A stretch of DNA of 63,989 nucleotides, the filler included, from Octopus bimaculoides (Eukaryota), in NCBI RefSeq assembly GCF_001194135.2. It is 6 parts of 5 records of this genome, joined end to end, with 100 filler letters (N's around TTAATTAATTAA, not from the genome) between each part and the next. Parts side by side here need not be neighbours in the genome. Positions count along the whole stretch, not along the records: positions 42,315 to 60,635 come from NC_069001.1; positions 60,736 to 63,989 come from NW_026298343.1; 4 more parts are not named here. One strand, given 5' to 3'. The notes under the pieces were generated by a model, which was not told the DNA's origin, made no database searches, and was given only the letters and a program-made list of their open reading frames with translations. Below, piece by piece: positions 53,466 through 63,989 of this stretch (position 1 is its first letter; every line of letters begins with the position of its first letter). The position numbers were made by a program, and so were the translations under genes.

Positions 53466-53639
53466 TAGGTATGTACATTGTTAAATGTTGATGGGAGTGA
53501 TTGCTTTCAACCATGGCTATAGCAACGAACTTCTGTCAATTAAATCTCAATCTTAGGGATATATTTTGTGATGGTCGAAAACCTTTTAAAGTGGTTGTAA
53601 TTCCTTTTCTGAGATGATCTCAAGCCTACCTGCATAGTG

Positions 53640-53862
53640 TAATCTGATCAGAACACGGAGCACTCAACAGCTGTTTGACCGTTGACTGAACACTATTCAA
53701 TTTTTTTTCTCCGTGTTTTTCTCCTTGTCTCCGTATTCTTTGTGTTGAAGAGCGTAGCTCGAAACGTCAAAGACTTTCCGTATTCCCGAGCGTCATACTA
53801 ATACATCATTTTGTTAGTTACACCACCTGTCCTCGTCTGTTGTTGTTTTTTCGTACATTCTC

Positions 53863-53870
<8 letters not shown>
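53640..53870 (+). mobile_element. Short PLE-like terminal repeat with an HHR-like motif
   Basis: TCTTTGTG-TTGAAGAGCGTAGCTC-GAAACGTC-AAAGA (53737-53773); homologous to 13085-13235. Confidence 0.55.
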
Positions 53871-53899
<29 letters not shown>

Positions 53900-54518
53900 C
53901 CTTAAAATTGTCATCTTTTCAACTCTCTTTAATTTTACTCATTCGTTCTATATATCTGGAGATCTGGAAAGGAGTGTAGCTGATGGTGGCAGTCAATCAT
54001 TAAAATCTTCGTTGCAAAACTCTTTTTTGAATGAATCCTCAGATCATACTCTACTGGTCTGTATAATACTGTTGTGTTAGGTAAAGCAGCTTCATTTCTG
54101 ATAAAAGAAATATATGCGCTGCTTCCTTTGAAGTATTTGGGGATTAATAAACCAACATCCCTTTGAAACTCGAGACAAATGTTGATGATTCTAATACGAA
54201 TCGACTGTAGAGTACATACATTAAGTCATTGATCTTGAAATTCTTTTTTGATTCCTTTTACACATTGGCCAAAATGCAATGGAATGATGTACCTCGAGCT
54301 GTGTGATAATGTAACATTCAGCTAATATTACATAATATATTGAAGAAGTCAGGTACATCTCTTCAAAGATGTAGCTAAAATTGTGTTGTGTATAAAATAT
54401 ATATATCATTTAGTAGCCATCGAATGGTATACAGGACATATATATGCAAATTCAGCTATCAACTACAGTAATAGCTTAATACATGAATGCCTTATTTTCC
54501 TGATAAATGTTCTAAGTA

Positions 54519-55781
54519 TTAGGTCGTCAAGAATAAAATTTGTAGTAAGGTATATGATAAACTTTGACAGCTGCTTATTTTGCGCCATTGACAATCTTTT
54601 GACAGTCTTTATTTTTTGTTAGAAAGTTGACACATCTCTTTCTTTATTCTAACTCAGTTTGCGCTTTGTAAAGTATTTATAAATCATTTTTTGCTATTTT
54701 TGTTTAGAGATGGACAAGTCGGAAATTCTTACAGTTTTGAAATATGAGTTCTTTCTTGGAATTGCAGCATCACAGACAGCTCGGAATTTTAATGGAGTAT
54801 TTCATTCTGATGTTATTACGCAGCAGACAGTATCAAATGAGTTTGCAAAATTTCGTTCTAGTAACTTTGACTTCACAAATGACCAACGCGGTCGACCAGA
54901 AAAAAAAGTGGATGATGACGAACTAAAAGTCACCGTCGAGTCAGATCCATCTCAAAGTGCCAGTGAATTATCGTTGTTGTTTAGTGTTAATAAGCGAACA
55001 ATACTGGCTCACCTAGTTCAAATCGGTAAAGTGAAAAAGTTGGATAATTGGGTTCCACATGAACTCTATGAAAATCAGAAACAGAAACGTTTGGAATCTT
55101 GCATTATGTTACTTTCTCGTCATAAAAATGAATAATTTTAAATCGAACTGTAATATGTGATGAGAAATGGATCCAAACGTTCAGCACAATGGTTGGACAA
55201 AGACGAGCCACCAAGACACAGTCCAAGAAGAAAAATTCCTCAAAAGAAGCTGATGGTGTGTGTTTGGTGGTCTGGTACAGGTGTGATCATTATGATTTTA
55301 TCAAACCTAGCTCATCAATCACGGCCGAAGTATACTGCAGCCAACTGGACCAAATGATGCAGAAACTTACAAAAAAAAAAAAACAGCCTAGATTAGTCAA
55401 CAGATCCACTCCTTTTTTATTGCAAGACAACGCCAGACACACATCGCAAAAATGTCATTGGCAAAACTACAGAAGTTGGAGGTGGAAGTTCTCCATCATC
55501 CACATTACTCACCTGATCTTGCCCTCACTGACTACCACTTCGAATACCTGACTACCATTCGAATAACTTTTTGATAGGAAAAAAATTTAATTCCGATGAT
55601 GTTGTAAAAACAGGTCTTCCAAGATTATATTGATTCTAGATTGCTTGGCTTTTACAGTTCCGCTGAAATAGCAAAGTGTATTGGCAATATGGGTGCATAC
55701 TTTGATGAATAAAACTATTCCTTGTATTTATAAAACATTAGCTTTTTTTCTTTTCTATAAATTTCATACTTGACGACCTAA
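54519..55781 (+). mobile_element. Full-length decayed mariner (DD34D)
   Basis: TIRs TTAGGTCGTCAAG at both ends with TA TSDs; MDKSEI..WVPHEL..CDEKWI..VWW..QDNARH..DL..TDYH, with stops and frameshifts. Confidence 0.95.
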
Positions 55782-56569
55782 TATCAATTGGTGAGGAAAT
55801 TGGTTTACGTTTTCTTTCAAGAGCGGTCAACAAACAACAAAGTAGGTCCGTGACAAAGTTCCATCTGTCATTTTTACCGCATCTCTAAAGCGAGAAGAAA
55901 TGTGCTTGTATCCATATAATTTCCTATAACAGATAAAGTATAGTAATATTTGAATTTCAATCTTCTGACTCACAGTGTTAATAATCACAGTACACACACA
56001 CACACACACACNNNNNNNNNNNNNNNNNNNNNNNNNNNNNNNNNNNNNNNNNNNNNNNNNNNNNNNNNNNNNNNNNNNNNNNNNNNNNNNNNNNNNNNNN
56101 NNNNNNNNNNNNNNNNNNNNNNNNNNNNNNNNNNNNNNNNNNNNNNNNNNNNNNNNNNNNNNNNNNNNNNNNNNNNNNNNNNNNNNNNNNNNNNNNNNNN
56201 NNNNNNNNNNNNNNNNNNNNNNNNNNNNNNNNNNNNNNNNNNNNNNNNNNNNNNNNNNNNNNNNNNNNNNNNNNNNNNNNNNNNNNNNNNNNNNNNNNNN
56301 NNNNNNNNNNNNNNNNNNNNNNNNNNNNNNNNNNNNNNNNNNNNNNNNNNNNNNNNNNNNNNNNNNNNNNNNNNNNNNNNNNNNNNNTATATATATATAT
56401 ATATATGTATTTTTATTTCATTAATATTCTAAAAGAAAAATTATATGTTATATATTTGTGTGTTTGTATAAATATATAAGGGGTAGTTGGAGCTCCACGG
56501 CTTTGTTAACAAAGCCGTGGTGGATGCAATCTATCTAGGAGAAGGTAGCATACATACAAGCTTACATAC

Positions 56570-57185
56570 ATGATGGCCGTTCACTAGTGATCGAGGAAGA
56601 CCATTGCCGACCTTCAGGAACATTGTGCGCTCTAGGTCTAATTTATATTTTGCTTTTACAGATCCGTTGGTGGCTAATGAGCCCTGCTCATGACAAGTCT
56701 ACACAGCTACAAACATTTCAAACCAAGCTTTCCCCATTCACTACACCAGCAGTACGCTTTCGAGCAGCACGCTTAAGTTCTTCATGAAGAAAACGTGCTC
56801 TCTCAAACGTGTTGACCCCCTCCTTAACCTGCTTCCTCCATCTGTGGCGATGACAGGCATTGCTCTCCCAGTTATTCTCCTGCATATCACAGGCCTTTAA
56901 TGAGGACTTGACTGTCCTTAAATCGCAGCCTTGGTTTCGACTGGGGTGTCTTTCCATTCACAAGTTCCCCATATAGCATCTACTTAGGGATCCTGCTATA
57001 TTTCATCCTTATAAGGTGTCCAGTCCAATGTAATCGTGCTTGAGCACCATCGCCTCAATACTCAAGATATCAGCTGTCCTCAGTACCTGCTTGTCTGGAG
57101 TTTTTAAGTTCCAGCCAACGTTCAGAATGTGTATTAGACATCTCTGATGAAAGCGTTCAAGGACGCTTACATGACGTTTGTAAAT
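56570..57185 (-). mobile_element. RTE/BovB-like LINE 3' end
   Basis: YKRHVSVLERFHQRCLIHIL..SIEAM..VKSSLKACDM..NWESNACHRHRWRKQVKEGV..KRAARK. Confidence 0.85.
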
Positions 57186-57953
57186 GGTCAATCTTCTGTA
57201 ATGTGATCTTTGCAGTGTGGGGTCGCGCATTGTCCTGATGAAAGATCACCCCTTTTCGATTCATTAAAGTGGGTTTTTTTTTTCTTCAAAGCTTGGTTCA
57301 AACGCTCTAATTGCGGACAGTAGACTTGAGCATTGATTGTTGCATTAGGTGGTAACCATTGAAAGTGAATTATTCCTTTGCAATCTCACCAGATATACAG
57401 AGGAACCTTTTTTCCATGAAGTTCCCTTCTCGGTTGTGATTGAGCTTTTTCCCTTTTACCAAGCCACTGTTTACGACGTTTAACATTTCGATAGAAGATC
57501 CATATTTCGTCACCAGTCACAAGTCTATCGAAAAAGAGTGAAATGAGTTCGCGAGAATGGAGCGAAAAGCAGATGTCAACTCGGGATTTGCAATTGCTTT
57601 CGGACAAATCATGAGGCACTCATTTTCCGAGTTTAGGAACTTTTCCAAGTTGTTGAAGATGACGATGAACAGTTGTATGGTTTGAACTAAGCTTTATTGC
57701 TAATTCTTCAACTGATAATGCAGGATTTTCTTCAAGTAATGCCTCAAGGAGCTCATCATCAAACTCAACTGGACGTCCTGTTCGATCTTCATCTTCAAGG
57801 CTGAAATCTCCACTTCTGAATTTTGCAAACCATCTTCTGCAAGTTCTTTCATTCAAGCATTCTTTCCCGTAAACTGAGTGTATGTTTCGAGTCGCTTTGG
57901 CTGCAGAGTTTCCTTTTTTGTACTCATAAAGCACTATGTGCCTTAAATGCTCT
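57186..57953 (-). mobile_element. mariner (DD34D) transposase remnant, second family
   Basis: HLRHIVLYEYKKGNSA..RRWFAKFRSGDFSLEDEDRTGRP..VPHDL..VTGDEIWIFY..GVIFHQDNARPH. Confidence 0.95.
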
Positions 57954-59639
57954 NNNNNNNNNNNNNNNNNNNNNNNNNNNNNNNNNNNNNNNNNNNNNNN
58001 NNNNNNNNNNNNNNNNNNNNNNNNNNNNNNNNNNNNNNNNNNNNNNNNNNNNNNNNNNNNNNNNNNNNNNNNNNNNNNNNNNNNNNNNNNNNNNNNNNNN
58101 NNNNNNNNNNNNNNNNNNNNNNNNNNNNNNNNNNNNNNNNNNNNNNNNNNNNNNNNNNNNNNNNNNNNNNNNNNNNNNNNNNNNNNNNNNNNNNNNNNNN
58201 NNNNNNNNNNNNNNNNNNNNNNNNNNTATATGTTATATGTATATATCATATATGTATTATATCTAATATCTGTCTGTTTGTGCGCTTATAACTCGAGTAT
58301 TGTTCATCCAATCGCGCTGAAAACATGGATACATGAGAGAGCGGGGCGTTCCGTAATCTAAAAAGATTTTCAAAATTGTGAATCGCTATGTTTGTAATCT
58401 TTTCGTCTTGTTTGTTCCACTATCAAAAGCAACGAGTTTGCTCAGACAACCAGCATATACCATTTCGCTAGCAACAAGGAGAGTACAAGATGACAGTCAG
58501 CCAAAACCGCCGCTATGCTGTCTCTCTTCTTTCCCCCCTCTCTCTCTCTCTCTTATGATGTCCGATTCCACTTGAAGTTGCATATATATATTGCGTTAAG
58601 ATTCGTTATCAATCAATTATCTTTATTGAGAAGAAATAGTCAAAAGTAACCACCACATACAATCACCAGACATCTCCACTACTTAACACCATCCAAGTCA
58701 ACTCTCTTTATCTTTACAGCTTACATGAAAAACTACGACGAAAAGGCAACCATTTCAATAAAGCAAAAAACTGAAAAATTTGATTGCTCTTAAAACGCGT
58801 AAAATTTTTGGATTAATAATCTTAATCTTTCGTTACAGTTTCCCCTTCAAACTACATAATAGGCAGAATTGTCGGATTAACATAGTAGGGTGTTCTGAGG
58901 GAGATTTGGCCGCTATTTCTACCAGATCTAGCTACCATATAGAGGTCTTCCTTACTAGCTCATGCAGACATATATATATATGCAGATATACATAAAATCG
59001 AAATGAAATACTTATAGCAACAGGTGTCAAATAAAAAAGCCAAGGTCCATGCAGTGGAAATTTACAGCTTCTTGCCTAATGTGAGCCCTGAGCAATCTCT
59101 TATCTCTTACACTATTTCAGTATTACGTCTCTATTGTAATGTGAGATAATACTTTCAGTTTGAAAGAAGTCTGTCCTATATATATATATATTCCTTATGC
59201 AATCCAAAACCGAGTTCCAGATTTTGACATATGGGGCATCAAAAGATTCAGTACTATTTCGGCTACAAATTAAACTTAATTTCCATTCACATATTTGCAT
59301 TTCAAAAATTTAGCATTATAATCTTTTCCATAAATCAACTATTGTTAACATTTTATACGATGACGTCATATTTTCTATGTGTGTGTACCTTAAAAGCCAT
59401 CAATCATCACAACGCACACCTTCACTCACTCACTCTATCTCTCTTTTTCACTCTCTTTCTCTCTCACACGCACACGCACACACACATACATACACACACA
59501 GACACAGACACACACAAGCACACACACACGTCCATTTCATATAGACGTACATACACATTTCACTTTCTTTCTCTGTCCTTTTCGCTCCCTCTCCTTTCAA
59601 TTTCTGTTCTCTTCAAATAAATTTTTACGGATACAACTG

Positions 59640-60568
59640 CTTAGAAAACTAGGGATTAATGTATAATTTCTTTCTATGTTCATAATTTTTTGTTTACAAT
59701 ATTGAAAAAATATACCACCAAAGAAAAGATGTAATCTCTTCAGAAATAAGTATAAAGCAAGAAGGATTGTAGAAAACCGAAGGCGAGAGTCTGAAGAGAG
59801 AAGCAACATGAGATTTTCTCAAGATCAGCAAATGTATGTTGCAGCACTTACTGCTAGATCATTAATCAATGTTTTAATGATTAGACAGAGGTCCAATAGA
59901 ATAGCTCACAGTCACAGATTACGTACAAATTCGTTCTTCACAACTTCTGAGCTTTTTCAGATATATGATCCATCCCATTCTTATAAAAATAATAACTTTG
60001 TTCAAATTGGTCTGCTAAACACAAACTGTCGTTTCTGTAGAGTTTTAAAATTTTCAAATGAAACAAATGGTATGTGCTGCTCAGGCGGTCAGATAACATT
60101 GCCAACACTAGAACACACTTCCATCCAGTCAAAGGATTTTCAGAAGAATATCAGACAATACAGCTCTGCATTTCAAATGAATTTACGTCGACGTCAAAGT
60201 TCAAGGGCAAGTCTATCACTTCATTGGTTCCCTGTTACCCAAAAATGATCAATCACAGTTCCTCCAAATTTACATTATGAATGATGTAAGATAACAAACC
60301 CGAAGGAGGTGTTAAAATTACAGATGATGGGTCGTGTTAGACACAACGCCGACTTCGGTGCATTAAAAAATCACATAATCTCCCACCCCCATTTCTATGA
60401 AAATACTCCAAACAGATGCATGAGATGTTGCTTAGTCGAAATAGCCCATCATTTGCTCCACAAACGTTTTGTTGTCAATGCTGTACTTTCCCCGCATTAT
60501 CTGTTTCAACATAACTATATACAAACTAAGCCATTTTAATCCCCAGTAACGTCTCGTATCTCTGCTAG
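59640..60568 (+). mobile_element. Internally deleted Helitron (Rep/helicase N-terminus plus 3' end)
   Basis: YDPS..VQIG..CRFC..LKF..GMCCSGG..NIRQYSSAFQM..KVQGQVYHFIGSLLP..FLQIYI; ends CTAG|T after a degenerate GC hairpin. The 5' end was not located. Confidence 0.75.
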
Positions 60569-60603
60569 TATATATATATATATATTATATATACACATAT
60601 ATG

Positions 60604-60635
<32 letters not shown>

Positions 60636-60735
60636 NNNNNNNNNNNNNNNNNNNNNNNNNNNNNNNNNNNNNNNNNNNNTTAATTAATTAANNNNNNNNN
60701 NNNNNNNNNNNNNNNNNNNNNNNNNNNNNNNNNNN
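60636..60735. other. Assembly spacer 44N-TTAATTAATTAA-44N
   Basis: As above. Confidence 0.95.
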
Positions 60736-61603
60736 TGCTGATTTCATAATTTTGACCCTTTTAGGCTTTTAGAACCAGAAAAGGGTGAAAAAAAAAGACT
60801 GAAATGAAACAATATTAGTATTAAACTAAAAAAAAATTATTGACAAAGTGGCCATAAAAAAAACAAATGAAAAACACGATATACACATAATTTAATTTTT
60901 CCTCTTCTCAATTTTGTTGATGAGATTCATGTTACCCTCCATGAAAATTAACATACTAAAATTTTCATCAGGCAAGGACAATCTCTTGGCACTCAAGATG
61001 TCCTTCCCCGTGGAAAATAAACATTCAGTTGTAGCACTGGAAGGGATGGCTGAGTTTAACTTGATGAACAAGTCCACCAACACTTGCTCACTCAAGAAGG
61101 CAGTATCTGTCAGTAGATCTTTGGAGTTGGTCTCCAACCAGGTCTTTACTAAATTCTGAGCCTTGTCCTTCAGTGACCTGTGGCTTCCACTCTCTTTTTG
61201 TTGAGTGACTCCACTGAAGAAGTCATCCTTGCTGCCTCCACTGTTGCTGTTCACTTTCTCAGACTGCTGCCTCATGGCCTCCTCGATCTTGTCCTCCATG
61301 CTTCTCCTCACCTTGGTGAACTTGGTGCTATCATACCTATCCAACCAGATGAGGCGAAACCTGGGGTGGAAGGCAGCAGCCAGTTAGCATTCCTCATCAT
61401 CCAGGAGGGTCGCAAATCTTTTGTCGATACCAAAACAGTGTCGACCAAGGGAGTTGCAGTAGACGAGCTTTGGGTTAATGGATTTGAGTTAACGGAAGTT
61501 AATTAATCTGATAATGATTTTCAAAGTTAACTGAAAAGTTAAATCGTTAACAAAAATGTTAACTTCGTTAATTAATGGATTAACAGACTTACACCCAGCT
61601 CTG
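60736..61603 (-). mobile_element. hAT deletion derivative (C-terminal dimerisation domain plus 5' terminus)
   Basis: LAAAFHPRFRLIWL..LFIKLNSAIPSSATTECLFSTGKDILSAKRLSLPDENFSMLIFMEGN; terminus CAGAGCTGGG at 61603 with GTTAAC subterminal repeats. Confidence 0.88.
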
Positions 61604-61609
61604 TAATTG

Positions 61610-62752
61610 ATATACACAAGGTCCTGCAAAAGATGCCATCAGTGGCTCTCTCTTAATCAGTGGTGAGGCAGGATATCAACAAGAACTTGCTATTCTCAAG
61701 AATAGCTTTGGCAATTCTTACATGGTAACTGAGGGAACCCTCAATAATCTGAAACAAAGTAAACCAGTGAAAACACCACAAGAGTCACAGAAACCAGTAG
61801 ACAATCTGAAAAATTCTGAGATGATTTGGACATGCTTCAAGAAGTGAATTCACAATCTAACATTTTAAACATTGTTAGCAATTAACAACTTTATTTACAA
61901 AGTGGAAGAAACATGCTTTTGAATATAAAAGTTCCAAGGGAAATTATCCTAAATTCAATTTTCTCATAGAGTTTGCTGCTAAAGCTGTGTCAGATGTGAA
62001 TGACCCAGTCTATGACAAAATGTGCTACTAGTCAGAGAGACAACATATGCCATACTTATGCACGTCCAGAGCCAGCATATGTGTTGTGTAATAAACACCA
62101 TTGACTGTGATATTGCCAAATGTTTTGGAGAATGACACCTAAAGACATATTAGATCTTGTCATACAACACAAATTGTGCCATAATTACCTTTTATTCAGT
62201 CAAATACAGAATCATATAAGAAACAATCTGTAATGTGGCAGGTTGTGGTAAAAAACACACCATACACATTCATGTGAATGAAAATCCACCAAGTCAAGAT
62301 AGTAGTGTGTCAAATGCTAATATATCTGCTAGTACTGATTCAGTTACACACATGCCAATTGTACGAATTAGAGTGAATAATGGTATGAAAGTGTTTGTCT
62401 TGCTTGATACAGGATCAAGTAATTCCTTTTGTACAAGTAATTTAGCAAAACGATTGCACTTGCAGGGTGAATCAGTGTCATATAATTTGAATGCATTGGA
62501 CAAGTCTACATCTGCTAAGTCAGAAATAGTCGGTTTATCTTTGTGTACTGAAGATGATGATAGTTTAGAGATTTCTGGTGTATATGTAGTTGATGAAATC
62601 CCAGCAAAAACAACACAGATAGATTTGAGCAAATATAGATTTTCGTCATATTAGCTTGCCACATTTTGATAGCTATTGCCAAGTAGATCTATTACTAGGT
62701 CAAGATCATGCAGAAGCCTTTATATCATTAGAGGTATGTAAGGGTAACAAAT
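61610..62752 (+). mobile_element. BEL/Pao LTR retrotransposon gag-protease remnant
   Basis: YTQGPAKDAISG..GYQQELAILKNSFGN; C..CGKKH..H; VFVLLDTGSSNSFC; LLLGQDHAEAF. Confidence 0.88.
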
Positions 62753-62754
62753 TT

Positions 62755-63989
62755 GCATGTTTTATCCTTAAACATTAAGATTTTGGATTTGACTGAATTA
62801 TATGATGTGGATGATCAGAGCGGCAGTGGAGGTTAATGTGGGATGATGTGAGCTTGCAAAATAACTTTGTCACTATTCTGCCTCCAGAAAAATTAACTTT
62901 TGTTTCCAAAAATTCAATGCTAGTTTTTGAAAAACTAGTTGTAAATTTTATGGTGGACTTAAAGCCATAGTTTTTAGAATAACAGTCACAGTAGTCAATT
63001 AAACTATCCTGTGATCCTTCTCAAACAAAAAGATGTCATCAATGAACCATAACCAGAGTACTGGATCATAACCATGTAAGGATTTGAATGTCTTCAGTAA
63101 CTGTGTCTCAAATTTTGTCATGGAGACATTAGCGAAATTGCCATGGAGGTACTCATGGCACAACACCATCTGGTGGTAAAAGTTTTGTCCAAACTTCATT
63201 TTGTTACTTTGTAACACAAACCTCAACAGCCTACAGAGAAAATTAGATGGAATACTTTTCTTTGACCATTTTTTAAAGGGATTCAAGCATGCCTCTACCC
63301 CATCAGTATTGGGATGTAAGGAGGAAACATCCACGGTTATCAAAAACCGTTTACAACGTGGCTTCAGTGCATAAAAAAAAAAGTTGTTGATTTTAGACAC
63401 AGAATCAAAAGTATCCCAAATATAGGAACTTGTCTTTTTACGACTGGGAGTAGGAAGCCATTCAGCCACTCCCAAATTTTGTAAATTAGGCTCATTTCAG
63501 GAAATCTTTCAGACTTGTGAATTTGTGGAAGACCATAAAATACAGGTGTTCTACTTTCTGATCATAAAAAATCCTGGATTCGGCCTTATAAATGAAATTG
63601 TTTCCCTCCATTTCCAGAATAGTCTTATCAAGCTCCTTTCTGTAATTGGGGTTTGGATTAACTGGTAATTCGTCATATGAAGTTTTGTCACTTAAAACTT
63701 CTTCACAAGTTGAAATATACTCACTCTTTTCCATAATTACAATAACACCTCCCTTATCTGCCATTTTAATAACAATAGAATCATTAGCTAGATGGCATAG
63801 AGCGTAACATTGGGAATTTGAATGGTTATTTCAGGACTTCTTTTTACTTGTTTTAAGGCTTTCTCTAATGCCTATCTGACAAGATTCAAGAAAATCCAGT
63901 AGTGCTTGTGAACGTCCATCCCGAAATCTATCTGGGTACCTAGATGGTTAATATAAGCTACATGGGTGTTGAAAACATTATATTTATTA
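62755..63989 (-). mobile_element. Penelope-like element reverse transcriptase remnant
   Basis: ADKGGVIVIMEKSEY..LITVDVSSLHPN..FGQNFYHQ..WLWFIDDIFLF..IKFTTSFS..IEFLET..LHCRSDHPHH. Confidence 0.9.

Noticed and set aside
58980-59300. Possible LINE 3' remnant (VKIWNSVLD)
   Set aside because: Only one short motif; insufficient support.

Overview
Eukaryotic, AT-rich, repeat-dominated window with no bacterial-type genes, CRISPR arrays, rRNA or genuine tRNA genes. Microsatellite density and the four tRNA-derived SINE families (labelled A-D here, my own labels) suggest an octopus/coleoid cephalopod; this is an inference. About a fifth of the window is N, and five 100-bp spacers (44N-TTAATTAATTAA-44N) show it is six artificially joined segments. 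No intact host CDS is visible; every recognisable ORF is a decayed transposon: mariner/maT, Tigger, hAT, Chapaev3-like, Helitron, BEL/Pao, Tx1/L1, RTE-like, R4/Dong-like and Penelope-like (PLE). A few minus-strand splice-site configurations may belong to a host gene. The main signal is a recurring set of fold-back elements carrying minimal PLE-type hammerhead ribozymes (HHR). One is a TSD-flanked composite of a tRNA-like Pol III head, an (AAT)n tract and an HHR module in inverted duplicate (49720-50244). Another is a near-perfect inverted pair of HHRs (43413-44100). All alignments and translations were done by eye; no searches were run.
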